Shown: positions 25,186 to 40,740 of the stretch, in pieces
Numbering within the stretch: the stretch's first letter is position 1
Layout of the letters: every line of letters starts with the position of its first letter
Assembly (NCBI GenBank): GCA_001179505.1
Contig: CDMY01000260.1
Span: forward strand, 62,001-126,000
Source: Vitrella brassicaformis CCMP3155
Taxonomy: Eukaryota > Protista > Chromerida
DNA: 64,000 nucleotides
Direction of reading: 5' to 3'
Notes under the pieces: generated by a model
The model's input: the letters and a program-made list of their open reading frames with translations, nothing else
The model's database searches: none
Told to the model about the DNA's origin: nothing
Translations under genes and position numbers: made by a program

Positions 25186-26739
25186 GCTGGCAGGCATGGA
25201 TCCATCACACCAATTCGTTGGTCCGTGTTTCTGATCTGTGTGTGCCTCTATGTGTGCGTGTTGGAGAGCGGGCGTGGCGTTTATGGACGTGTGTGTGCAT
25301 GTGTCGCGCATCTGTGGCAAGGGGGGAGGGAGGGAGGGAGAGAGAGAGGTGGTTGCTGCAATTCTCTCTAGCGCTTTTCTAGTGTGTGTGTGTGTGTGGT
25401 GTGCATTTTCTTCTCTTCTCGGCAGGCCATCCCATCCATCCATGCATCCGTAGACACGAACACAGCTGCTCGAGGTTTTGTGGGCACACCGATCGCACCG
25501 CACCCGTTCATTCATCCACCTCTCGTAGCACAGCGCGCACATATGAGCAAGCCGGTGCTCTTCTCGGTCTTGCACGCGGCCAGAGTGTTGTTCCTTTGCT
25601 TTTCTCGGAGGTAGAGAGGAGAAGAACAAACCACCGTGTGCAGTGTAGCAAACACTCCCCTGTCTGTCTGTCTGTCTGTCTGTCTGATATGAGAGAGAGA
25701 GAGAGGAAGATTCCTCGGAGAGGTGTCTTGTCGTTCTAGGCAGATCAGGGTAGGTCCTAGCACCAGCAGCAAGCAGCATAGCAACAAGCCAGCTCTCACA
25801 CAATCCGCTGCAATTTTGTAAGAGCCCCTCGCCTGCTAGCTGCCTGCCTGGCTGTGATGCCTGGCAGTTTCATGATCCGACTTTTTCGTTTTTCGTCGTC
25901 TGCGTGACGTATTCATGCGTGACCGAAATGGCGTTCATTTCCTGGCTGCATCTGTGGCTGACGTGATGAAGCCTTTCGTCTGTGTGCTCGGATCCTGTCG
26001 GTGCCATCCATTGTGACACTCCCTGCGCGAGGGTCCCTCGACACCTCTCGTGCGGGGAAGGCTGCGTGGGCGCGACAATGATACGAACACACACACAGAG
26101 TCGGTACGTTTCTGCGCGCATGTGCGTGAGGGGTTGGCAGAGAGAGAGAGAGAAAGGGGGTGAGGCGGCATCAGCCCGAGAGCGGTCACAGCAAGAAGAA
26201 GGGAAAACAGCCAGCCGTATTTTTGTCCTCGTGTGTGTGATGATGAGACAGACAGATATCTGATGCGAATCTGAGGGAATGAGTGTATCTTCAGATCAGA
26301 TAGATGCGGCACGCGCCTCTCCGTCTTCCCTCCCTGATGGATTCATCGATTGATTGGCAGGCTGTGCGTGCATCCATCGGTCAGTCGGTCGGTCGGTCGC
26401 GTGTTGTCTTGTCGTGCCGTTCTGTTGTGTTGTGCTGTGTGGGGTCGTATATATCGTATTGCTGACAGTCACCCATCCGGCCGTGTGCGGTCTGCCAACG
26501 AAGTGCTCTACCAGTGAGTGAGTGATTGTGATGGGCGAACGGGCAGGTGAGGTGGGGGGTGTCTGTTGGACTCTCTCCGTGTTGATGTCTTCGTATGCCG
26601 CGAACCATGCGCAGTGCTGCATGTGATGTGGAACCTAAAAGGTATCGCACAACCTTTGGTGTTCTCGATGAGTTCGATCCACTGCGCGCTCAAGGCATGA
26701 TCACATACCGCCTCTCGCGAAGCTTTCCGTGTTGATGGG

Positions 26740-29700
26740 ATGGATCTGACGTCATCGATGACATCTTCATCTGCGTCCGACGCCATCGCGCTGCTGCAGG
26801 CGGCTGACCGCCCCGATCTTCCTGGCACGTGCGTCACATTCCGACGCCCAGCGGAAATCAGCCGGTTCCTCGAGAGCACCAGAGCACGCGGCCGCACTCA
26901 TGGGAAGCTGCTTGTGTGGCTGTTCGAGTGGGCCATGGGCGAGGTCAAGAAGGGAACGGCGTTCGGCGAGACTGACTGGCGGTTCCTGCAGGTGGTGCTG
27001 CCCGCCCTGCCTGTGGAGTACCCCATCCAGGCCTGGCTGCCGCTGCTCTTCTCCCTCTGGCAGGAGACCAAGCCATCTGTCTGCATGTCCCTGCCTGCGG
27101 CCGTCACCGCGAGTCTGCTGCGGCGGTTCAGAGGCCTGTTCATTCCATCTATCGACATGGTCCTCCCCCCTCTAGAGAAGACCGTCGTTGTGCTTGTGGA
27201 GGACCCGGCGAGGCGTGACGCGTGGGCCGCTGCTGGGGCGGTGCTGCTGTTCCTGGCGACGGCCCTGAGGGAGCAGACCAACCCCAAACGCGTGTTTGCT
27301 TTCCTCACGTCGATGCTCAGCGGCCCTGTCGCCAAGCTAATGGCGGCGTCGGTCGTCACTGAGCGGACAGGTGCGACGAAAGCTGCCCTGCAGCTGTGTT
27401 CGGCCGCCCTGCAGTGGCTGTTCGACGCGCCTCACCTATCGGGGTTTGAGGCCGCCTTTGTGCAGGATGGCATGCAGGCGCTTATCGGCAAGTACTCGCA
27501 GCACAAGAGGAAGCAGAAAGAGACGGCAGATGAGACGAGGAAGCAGAAGCAGCAGCAGGCCTTCCAGGGTATGCTGTTCGAGAGGCTGAGGAACGTCATA
27601 TGCTCCACCTCCACACCACAAGGAGGCAAGCAGCAGCCAGCCAAGGCGTCCAGGAAATCCAGCAAAGCGGAAGGAAAACAGCAGGAGCCGGCTGTGGCTG
27701 CCTCGTCGGAAGCGATCGAAGGCTGCCTGCTGCTGCTGCCTTGCCTGTTCGCGGCCTATATCCGGGCAGTGAGCCGCAGAGGCGATCAGGCGGCCTCTCA
27801 GCGCCACCCAACCACACCCGATGCCGGCAAGGATAAGAAGACTGATGTGTTCAGGGGTTCGTCATCATCGCGTCATCAGCTGCAGACCTCGGCAGAGTTT
27901 TGTTTTTTCCTGCATCTGTACAACATGGTGTTGGGGCTGTACAAAAGCTCCTTGGCTGACAGTGGGCCGTCGCGGCAGCGTGTGGCGGCGCTGCGGTGCC
28001 TCATCACACTCTGGAAAAGGTCCGGTCCGCACACAAACCAACAGTGACTGGCGAAGGAAGAACGACCGACCATATGTCTGTCTGTTGTCATTTGCCCCTC
28101 ATTGTTCCTCTCTCTCTCCGTGTGTGTGCGCATCGATCAGGGTGACAGTCCACGGTGTCTACCGTGTCCGTGAGGACGCTGTCGGCGTGCAGCAGGGCTG
28201 CCTCAAGACCCTCGCCCATCTCGCTATCACACGCCTGCAGGCAGTCACCCTCGCCCCTACCAGCATCGATACCAGCACCAGCACCAGCACCAGAAAGCGT
28301 CCTCTGGATGACGACAGCTGTCGAGATGAGGTGTGGTTGCTATGGGAGGGGCTGAGTGTCGTGCTTGAGTTGGAGCCCTCTCTCGTCGAGGAGCGGCTGC
28401 CGGCCATCTGGAGGCTGCTCGAGGACCAGCAACAAGAGGAGCAACAGCATCGGGCGGGGAACTCCCACCAAGGGCCATTGGCAGGGTGTGAGGGAGAGAG
28501 AGAGCAACCACGGTGTATCGTCAGTGTTTGGTGGACTGTCCCTCTCTTTGTTGATGTGTGTGTTGTCAGTGAGGGCTTCACCGTCCGTCTGCTCGCCGTG
28601 TTTGCGCGCCTGAACGACCTCCCCTCCATCATCGAATCCATCGCCACCGCGTCAAAGGACAGCGACACACCAGACGCCCCCACGCCCCTCTCCCTGACCT
28701 TCATCACACCTGCCCGAGTGCTCGCCAGTGTCCAGCGGGCAGCAGCATCGGCACTGCCCGTGCAGGTATGCAGGAAAGTGCATGTGCGTGTCTGGATGTC
28801 TATGTGTGTGACGAATCGAATCGGTCCCGTGTGTCGTGTTGCCCTGCCGGCAGAGTGAGAAGATCTGGATGGGCCTGCTGTCCTGCCTGCGGGAGCGGCT
28901 GGCGAGTGCCGCTGAGTGGCGGGGACACATACAGAGGGAAAAGAAGAGGCTGAAGAAGCGGAAACGAAGTGAAGGTGCCGACGCAGCAGATGCAGATGGA
29001 CGTCAAGGCGCGGGTGTGCCTCTCGCAGACCTGGAGAAAGGTGAGAGAAAAGCACACAAACACAGGGGGGCCCCAACATTCCTTCCTTCGATTCTTCAAT
29101 GTGTTGGTGTACTCAGGTCTGGAGTTCCGTGAGCGAGCGTCAGGCAGCATCGCCCTCGTGCTCAGCCACTTCGTCGCCCACACAGACGTCAAAGAGGTCC
29201 TCCTGCAGCCGCTGGCCACTCTCACCCGCGACACCTTCTCCCTCGTCGCGCCCACACCGCCAGACGGCCCCGCATCCCCCATGCTGCCGCCCATCGCCGC
29301 GCCATCCCTACTGCTGGCACTGGCCAACCTCTCACGACGTCTGTGTGCGTGGCTGCCACCTATGGTGACGACCGACGAAGGCAGCAATGGCCGCATACGT
29401 GAGCTGCTAGACGTGTCGCAAGGCGTGCTGCAGCAACTGGCGGAGACGTCACAGGCGAGTGATGATGATCTCGAGACGCGGGACATGGGCGTGCAAGTGG
29501 CGTTGCAGCTATTGGATCGGCTGATTGAGATCCCCGGGGCGCGTCACGACCATGCCGCCCAGTCGCCGGCCTCGCGCATCCTCGGCGCTCTTGCCCCCGG
29601 CCCACCAGGCGATCAAGACGATGCCGACGACGCGCCTGCGTCTCTGCGGACATTCGTGTGGCAGCACGCCGCTCCACATCTTCGAGTGCTGCTTAGGGCA

Positions 29701-32700
29701 ACAGCAGCGGCTGATGGCAACGATGAAAGCTGTGGGGTGGTGTGTCGCTACCTGCTGCCCAAGAGGCTGGCACACGCACTGCCGCCTGCAGTGGTCGGGC
29801 AGGGGGCGAGTGGCAGAGTGGTGGGTGTTGCGGCGACCACTCGTGCGTTGTGGCTGGGGCAGCTGGGCGTCGATGTGCTGGAGATTCCTGCGATCAAGGT
29901 GTGTCGCAGAGGGGACACAAGACACCCACACAGGGGCAGACTGACCTTTTGGTATTCATGTCCTCCCCACAGGTCCCGCTATTGACGCGGTTGACTGATC
30001 TGCTCCGCCAGGCAACGACAAAGCTGCGAAAGAAGACGGATCGTCTGCGAGAGACCGTTGCTGCCCTTCCGCGAGAAAACCTCGTGAAAGGGTGAGCGAG
30101 CGATGGATAGCTCCATAGAGAGCCCATCACCGTGATGTCAATATGCGCGTGTGCAGGCTGTCTGCGGCCGTGCAAGACATCTGCGCCCTCTACGCCGCCA
30201 CGTCCCTGTTCCCTCCTGCCTACTTGGTCACCCTCCCCGCCCCTCCACTGCTAACCCTGCTGCTGCGAACATGGCACACACTCGGCCCCCTATCGGACCT
30301 CAAGAACATGGTCCACCTACCACCACCACTGGCCCCCACCGTGCAGCAGGCGGCTATGTGCTGCGCCATGGTCTTGCACCGGTTGTGTGCATCATGCGAT
30401 CGCGGACCGTCGTTTCTGGCTCTCCATCTGCTGAGGGAGATCGATACTGACGACGAGCAGGCGAGTGCCTGTGCACAGCGGCTGGCGGCTGCTATTGGTC
30501 TTGACGACAGCAACGGTGGTCTGGACGAGGGTGTGACACTCCCTGGGGTGGTGGAGATGCTGGCGGCCGACGACCATCGGGAGCAATGCGACGAGAGAGT
30601 GGATGCCGCCGCGTCGCTTCTCGTCCTGGCCGTATCGGGCCTCCTGCAAGACAGTGGCCAACCGCAGCAGCAACAGCCACAGCAAGGTGCCACCCTGCTG
30701 CAAAAGATGCAGGCTCTCGTTCGCGAGACCCACATAGACGCCGAGCTCACCGTCCTGCCCGCGTTGTCATCGGCCACCCTCTTCAAGCCCTTCCTATCTC
30801 GCGACGAGCGAGCCTGCTGGCAACTGACGGCGAGCAAGAGCAAGCATCGCTTCGCTGGGCGTGTGTTGGCCACTGTGTGGGACCGCGTTGCCGCTCTCGA
30901 CGGCGGGGCGGCCTTGCTGCGTCGGGTCAAGGTCAGCTCGGGAATGGTTGACCGCATCGACAAGGGAGTGGGCAAACGCGCCCCCGATCTGGCGCCACTG
31001 CTGCTGCGGCTCACATCCTCCCACCTTGACGCGCAGCTCACTGATGCCGACGAGGAAACGATGACAGAAGAGTCTGTAAGCGAGATGGCCGCTCGGCTGT
31101 TCGCCATGCTGCCGCGCGTCATCGGGCATGACGACAAGGCTGCGTGGGGCGGGGCTGTCGATCGGGCGCTGGAGGCCTTCTGTCGGCACTGGGGCAGGAG
31201 GGAGAGCATTCTGAGTGGAGAAGAGGACGTGACGATTGGCCTCGTGGACATGCTGGTGGGGAGGACCGCTGTGCTGCTGTCCGCTAGAATGGAGGACACC
31301 GTCGCCAAAACAGGTGAATGAGAAGTGGCGTCTGCTTCCACGAGTGTGTGTGTCGACTGATTGGATTTGATTGGTACTGTGCGTCGATCAGGTGTGTGGC
31401 TTGACAAGACGTGGCGGTGTCTGCTGGACGGCAGCATCAACATGCAGGAGAACTCCTCCACCCCTCTCGACAAGTGCTGGCTCACACTCATCCCACAGCT
31501 CTCAACCCAAGACCTCTCAGCCGTCATCTCACGACTCGCAAACACAATCGCCACACCCACACCGAACCAACACCCCCCTCTCAAGGCGCTTGCGGCCCTG
31601 GAGGGCCTCTCCTGTCTGCTTCGGTCGCGAGGCAACATCATCAAGGCACTCGGCCCACCAGAGGTGCCGGCAGGTTTGGCGAGGGGCATTATGGGGTCGT
31701 TGCAGCTGGCGAGAGAGCTGCTGATGGGACGGCACGAGTTGGAGGAGGACAGTGGGAGGACGGCTGCTGGCGTCTTGGCGTGTGTGAGGGGCGTGCAGTG
31801 CGCTGTCAACTTCATGGCGGCGACCAGACGCAGAAGTGATATTACATGGATGGATGGATCCATGGATGGATGGATGGATTCCTGTGTGTGTGTGTGTGTG
31901 TGTCCCAGGTTCCCACATTAGTGAGGGTGTTGGGTCGACTGTCACCCCGGCCGACCGGCTGTGCGCATCACTGCTGCTCACTGCAGCTGACATCGCCTCA
32001 AACGCAGCAATGCACAGGTGAGGTGTGCGATGCCAACACACCACACGACAGGTCACCATCTCACATCATGGCAATGCAATGTCAACCGCGTCAGATTGCC
32101 CACCAGAGGCCCCTTTGACATTTCTGAGGTGGCTGGTGTTGAGTGCCGGCTGCTGCCCAATGTGGGCTACTACGCCCTGTATGTGCTGCTGACGCCCTCG
32201 CCACACATCCGTTTGTCGGCGGCCGAGCACCGCAGAGCCGACTCGCTGTGGGTCAAGAAGATCGCCGTCGTCCAGACAATCATGACCAGACTGCTCAGGG
32301 CCGTCTTCATGATGAGCGACGCCACGTAAGCTAAGCGGACCGGACAGCACATAGAGATGTCTGTTCCCTTTCAGGGAGGGAGGGAGGGATGTGTGTGTGG
32401 TCGGTGTCTGTCGGTCTACGCAGGTCTGCCCTGAGTCTCGCGCAGGACGTCTGTCGGCTTTGGGCGCTGTTCGTGCTGCCCGAGAGGTAAACCTAGAACC
32501 TTCCACACACTCACCTCACTCGTGCCATCCATATTCTGCTATGCGTGTGTGTTCCTTCTCTCTCAGGCTGTCGTCAACGCGTCACTACCTGACGGCATTC
32601 GTGGGCGAGTTCGTCGACCAGAAACGACAGTTCACCACACTCACTGGCAGCATGGCCTCTGAGCTGAGCGAAGGGGATGCCACCGCGTTTGCCAGCTGGT

Positions 32701-32870
32701 CCCGTGTGATTGCTGTCCTGTCTGCCGGGCTGGCGCCCATCTTTGAGGCGTGCAGCGACCACGCCAAGCAGAGCCTCTATGCGGGACTGCTGCACGAGGG
32801 CAACAGGGGGGTCTTCCAGGAGGTCTATGGGGCCTTCACTAAGCAGCACAATTATAAGGGCAAGGTCTGA
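26740..32870 (+). CDS. URB2: URB2/Npa2 nucleolar pre-ribosome-associated protein
   Basis: Very long leucine-rich helical multi-exon protein ending LAPIFEACSDHAKQSLYAGL...VFQEVYGAFTKQHNYKGKV*, typical of the Urb2 C-terminal domain. Confidence 0.75.
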
Positions 32871-33196
32871 GTGAGCGATTGAGGGCTCTGACTGGTCGAG
32901 TGGGTGGGGAAGTGGTGGTTGTTGATACGATCGATGTAGAGGACGTGTGTGTGCCCTGCCCTGCCATGTGTGTGTGATGAGGGCATGAGGGCATCTCGAT
33001 GGCTGACACTGGTTGACGCTAGACGCTTTCTATGAGGGTTGTCATAGGTCATCTTCACGTGATGGATACACACCTGACATACAACGCAGGTCAGTCGGCA
33101 TGGAGTGTCTCTCTCATCCACACGCAGCTGCTCTCATCGATCTGTTTCCATCCCACCAGCGCACACAAGGCACAAAACACACACACACGACACTCG

Positions 33197-35378
33197 TCAT
33201 GTCCTCCACCACACCTGCAGACAGACAGACAAGGGAACAGACAACCAACCATCAGATCGGTCACACCCATGGGCACACACCCGCAGCCAATCAAGTGACT
33301 GACCCCACTCACCAGTCGCAGCACAATGACAAGAGCAAGCGGCCAGTGGGGCGGCCCCGCCGCCCAGCAAGCCGTAGAATACATAGAATTTGCATCGGCG
33401 TTCTCCACCGGGCCCTCGGCAATGTCTCCTGCACACACAACATACACACAAAGGAGAGAGGTGTCTCGAGCCGTTTAGATGCATCAATCCTCCCCTTAAG
33501 CCCCTTGCCAAGGACCCAAGTATGCTCACCACAGAGCCCCTCGAAGCGCATCAGGCTATCTTCTACAAACACATACCGCGCCAGCTTCTCGGCCGTCCAG
33601 TGGACACTCCCACGTGGTGGTGAAGCGGTGCTGTCCTCCTTCTTGTCTGAGGAGGCCCCATCGAGCACCACTACTGCAGGCGCGTGTCTCCCGCCACCCC
33701 GATCTCTCACAGACACTGTTATCGTCCCGTCATGCTCGTCCTTAAGCCCCTCACTCATAGCCACTGATAGGATGTGGTCCTCGTCAAATGCCACACCGGG
33801 GATCTGCTGTGCCTTCCCAACAAATGCGGAGGAATCGTTGCCTGGGTTGGCGAGGAACGTCGCATTGAGACCGCTCAGTGCCGCGATTGTGTCGGTGTGT
33901 CTCGCGGTCGTGAAGAGAGGGAACAATCGCCGAGAGAGGGGACAGAACTTGCAGTGGGATGCGGGCAGCACGGTTGGGCGAGAGGGGAAGTGCTTAATAT
34001 AGAGGGCGATGATGCCGGCAGGGTCCTTCTGCAGCCACACCAGAGGTCCCATTAGCACAAATATCTCATCGTCTGCCCGTGACGCATTCATCGCCTTCAT
34101 CCGCTTCTCTAGCGACGTCAGTGCATCTCTCCTGTGGGGCAGCAGGGTGAGCGACACACCAAAGGGTAGCTGATGGACAGCAGAAAGCGCCGTGCTCTTG
34201 CAGAAGCTCATCCGCTGCTGCTGCGCGTCCGTGCCAGTGAGATACTCCCACCGGGACTGCAGGTCCCTGTCTCCCGTGCTCATGAGGTGCAGGTGCCTCC
34301 CCTCTTTGCTCGCATCGGCACACGTGCTCTTGTCCGCATATTTCTTCACAGACGGGCCTTTGGGTTCTTTACCAGCAAAGTGAATGCCGAAGTTGCCCTC
34401 CTCGAACTGGTTGTAAGAGTGCCGCCCGAACTCGGTATACTGAAGGAGACACATGTTGTGCTGCGCCTCCCTGCTGAAGAAGCGAAAGCAAGTCTGCCCA
34501 TAGCACCGATTCCCCAGACATTCGTCCAGGTTGGATCGGCATTTTGTGGGTGAGCCGAGGAGCACAAACACAAGGGCCGTCTGGTCGCCCCCGATGGGCT
34601 GCGGCGGTCTTGGTACGATCTTCAGCGCATCCGCAATCAGCCTGTGTGAGAACTCGGTGTTTTTGAGAAAGAAGGCCCCGCTGTTGATCGCAGTGGTGGT
34701 GGTGTCAGTGAAAAAGATAGCGTCTCTGTCCTCACACTTCCACTTGCGGATGAGCGCCTCGATCGGCTCCTCACAGTTGACCACGATCATGTCCGCGTCC
34801 TTCCACACAATATAGTCATAGCCCTTCTGCTGCAGCGCATACGACACCAGCTGCAGCTTCCGCTCATACGGCGACGAGAAAGACCCCGCCCCGATGAGGT
34901 CCAGAACCTGCTGCACTGTCTTGGTGAGAATGGAAGCCCTGGGACGGACATCCACAACGAGAGAATACCCCCACTTGTTGGCGTACGCCTTGACGTTGCT
35001 GAGAGATGCCTCCCAGTCCTTGGCCTCCGAGCTGGGGTACCACATAAGCGACACAATCGCGATTCTCGCAGCGTCGCCGCGGCCAGGGATGGTCTGAATA
35101 GAGGACTGGTCGCGCACCGGTGGCAGAGGGGACGATGCAGGGGCGCCAGCAGCTGACACTTGCATGGTCGGAAGGCCGACCGGGGGCTCGAGAGCTCCGT
35201 TGTAATGGGCCATTTTGGTTTTTATCGGCAGGAGGGATGGAGCGTCTTCTGCAGTGGTGCTGGAGTTGGCAGCTGCTGTTTTGCCGATATGGCGGCCTGG
35301 CGGTTGTCCTGTTGCCGCTGCAAGGAGAGGCCCGACGAGGACAACGAGAAAAGAATAAAATGGCCAAGGCGGATGCAT
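33197..35378 (-). CDS. Glycosyltransferase family 34 (GMA12/MNN10-like) with N-terminal signal/TM and a second domain
   Basis: One long exon: N-terminal hydrophobic FLVVLVGPLLAAA, NVKAYANKWGYSL, ERKLQLV, YDYIVWKDADMIVVN (DxD), AINSGAFFLKN, GGDQTAL, FGIHFAG. Two short terminal exons end ...LVIVLRL/VWWRT*. Confidence 0.8.
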
Positions 35379-35670
35379 TCCGTGGCGGGCGCCCTTGCGA
35401 GGCGGAGAACTAGGGGAAGCAAATGCAGCTTTTTTCTCCCCTCTTCCCCATGATCGCTGGCTTAGCTCGCCTCCTTCGTTGACGTTACTACACTGAGCCC
35501 CCCCTGAGCCCCCCCCCCTTCACGCTTGTCTGGGCCCGTCGTAGCACGTGGCTGTATCGAAAGTGGCGTGCGGCGGTGTCAGGAATCAGCGGAGTCGTTC
35601 ATCGTTCACCGGAGTGCAGATTGGAGGGGCCCTGCCCGTCACGCCTCCCCAGGGCGACACTGACGACACC

Positions 35671-38151
<2,481 letters not shown>

Positions 38152-38656
38152 GTAGCACAACAAACATGGCCAGCCAGCCTGATGGATGGATGGACTATCT
38201 ATCGGCTGGCTGACATTGACATTGGATGTAGCTTAGCTGGTGGGTGTATGTTGATACGCACTGAGTGAGTGCAGTGCCGTCCCTTCTCTTCGCGTCGCGT
38301 AGTCGCCCAGGGCAGCCGTCAGTCATGTGTGTGTCTGTGGTTAATTGACACACGTGACCTGCTGGCTGGCCTGGCCTGCCTCTGCTCTGCTATTTCTCTC
38401 GCTGTAGATGGCTGTCGGTATCAATTAAAATTGGTGCTGCTCTCTGCTCTGCTTTCTTTGTGAGTAGATGCATGCCTGCCTGTACTTATGCTCCCCTCTC
38501 ACGAGTATGAAAAGTTTGTCGTGATGTGCGGAGGGAAGGGGCTGCATGCCACTTTGCTTGGCCTTTGCTGGTGTGTATGGGTGGGCATGTGAGCCATGCA
38601 GCCAGGGAGGGACGAAGGGAGCAAGGGATGGACGGATGGATGGAGGGAGGGGGGAA

Positions 38657-39943
38657 CGCGGTTGCTACGTGTGGGCTGCATGATGGACAAATGGCTGCGT
38701 GCCACTGCCTGGATGGTATTAGGGACATGTGCCAAAGTCACTCAGCACATCCATCCATGATGCAGCAAATTTGATGCATTGCAGTCAGTCGATGTATCCC
38801 TTGTCCCCTGCTCACCCACTCAGCTATCACTCACTCATAGCCGGGCCAGCCATGCCCGCCACATCTGCACTGGTATCATGCAGCTGAGCGCACCGCAGAC
38901 AGTCACACAGAGAAAAAAGATGGTGGCAATGGGTACGGGCAGTTGCGGGTGCAGGTGTGTGTGGTGTGTGACCGACCGCTTTTGCCATGATGGTATAGAT
39001 CATGCACTGCTGGATGTCGTCCTTCTTGCGCGGCCACGAGTCCTGGTTCCAGTACCTGCATCACACACGCACAGAGAGAGAGCCATGCATCTCCCTGAGG
39101 ACAGCCCAGCCGTCCGCTTACGTGAACTCATCGAACTCTCCGACAGACTTGAGCACCCTGGCGCCCTCTACAGCCGAGAACTGCACAGCCCCCTCCCCAA
39201 TCTCACCGTCCCCGGCCCTTTCCTCCTCCTCCGCCACCCCGACAATGCCCCTCATCCCGTAGTCGGCCAGCTTGATGGCCGTCCCCCGCAGCAGACGGCC
39301 GTGCAGCAGCGCACTCTTGGTCTTGGCCGGAGCGGCCGCCTGCGGCTGGTCGTCCTGCTCCTCGCCGGCGGCTTCGGCTTCGTCAACATTGGCGGGCGGA
39401 GGCTTGCTGGTCATCCACCAGGGAGTCGGCTAAGGGAAGGAGAGGAGGGACGATGCGGCGCTTTGGTTTCCTTGTCTTTCGTAGCACCTCATCGTAGGTG
39501 AGGAAGTTGCATCGCAGATCTTCCACACAACGGTTGTCCTCGCCTATCTGACAAGGCAACACGTGCACCTCGCGAGAAGCCGCCATCAGGTTCAGTGGGG
39601 ATTGGTCTGTGAATGAATGAAAATCTGTTTCCTCCCCGTGAAAGGGAGGCATCACGAGTTTACGCCCAGGAAGCCCCCTCCGCCGCGCTTTTTCCCTCTG
39701 TTGTGGCGCATAGGAGGCCTTTTAGCCGCCGAGTGAGCACATCATCCGCGACGTTTGCTGAGCCGCCGATGATGGTGACGCATCCTTTCGAACTCGGTCT
39801 CATTCTCACGGTCGGGCTGACCGTTGTGGCAGCCCAGAGCAACTATGGCCGACGTAAGCAGAGGGGGAACGCACACGCACCAAATTCACCATGTTTCCCG
39901 GCAGATCTGCCCGAAATGTCTGCTTTTGCGGCTCTCATGCGGA
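38657..39943 (-). repeat. Copy 2 of the inverted segmental duplication (partner 17650-18898)
   Basis: Reverse-complement similarity to 17650-18898 across exons, introns and flanks. Confidence 0.95.
38827..39652 (-). CDS. RNASEH2C: Ribonuclease H2 subunit C (copy 2), 4 exons
   Basis: Same exon structure as copy 1: MPPFHGEETDF..EVHVLPCQIGEDNRC.., LLHGRLLRG, FDEFTYWNQDSWP, AKALH..AGPAMSE*. First intron is 58 nt here versus 63 nt in copy 1, with the same splice positions. Confidence 0.8.
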
Positions 39944-40740
39944 TATGGATGGCTGTGTGGCTGTATCCATGGCTGCAGACGTGTCGGCGGAAGATGTTGC
40001 CGTACAGGGCACTGAATCCCTCGCCACCGAGGGTGGGGCAGGGCGGAATCTGCAGACTCTACAGAGGGATCTATCGTTTCTGCTCTGTGTGTGTGTGTGC
40101 AGTTGGGCAGATGGCGTTGCTGCAGCTGCAGCTCAACCACACCCTGACCACCATCACCGCCGCTTACGCCCTTAGCACGGCCGCCATGACCACCAGCACC
40201 GCCGCTCACGACCTCAGCACGGCCGCCATGCACGCCATCGACAAGGCCCGGCAAATGCTCTATACAGACGCCCTCGGAGGTGAGGGCGATTTCATGGCTC
40301 CGTCGCTCTGCTCACACACACATGTGTGTATGTCTGCGCTGTTGTGTGTGTGTCTGTCCGGGACCGCCCGGCTGCAGACCGGTGCAAGGTCAATCGATCG
40401 TTCCCGGACTATGAGGGGGCCAAGATACTGCAGCGCTGCGCCAAGGAGGGTTACGTGTGTGTGATGGACAAAGAAGTCCATGCAGCTGACTACGTCCCTG
40501 GCACCTGCTACAACTGGTTCAAGAAAGGCGAGAACAACGCCGACTACCAGTGCGGCGACGCACCCATCCTGGAGGAAGACGGCTTCTTATACTGCCTCAG
40601 GTAAGGAGGTATAAACACCACACAAACAGACAGCTGGATGGATGGACCGACGCACTCTGTGTGTGTGTGTGTGCGACCCTACCCTGCCCGTGCGTGTGTG
40701 CAGAGAACCCACTGGGATCTTGCGCGTGCCCAAGTGGTAG
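39769..40740 (+). CDS. Putative small secreted protein with Cys-rich C-terminal part
   Basis: Signal-like MMVTHPFELGLILTVGLTVVAA-QS. In-phase exons run to DRCKVNRSFPDYEGAKILQRCAKEGYVCV..GTCYNWFKKGENNADYQCGDAPILEEDGFLYCLREPTGILRVPKW*. Middle exons uncertain. Confidence 0.45.

Noticed and set aside
25870-26650. Possible small spliced minus-strand gene divergent from URB2 (fragments EHFVGRPHTAGW, GGKTERRVPHLSDLK)
   Set aside because: Splice-like signals exist, but I could not build one consistent frame or recognise a family
30220-31863. 547-aa minus-strand ORF
   Set aside because: Antisense to URB2 exons, crosses introns, composition typical of GC-rich shadow frames
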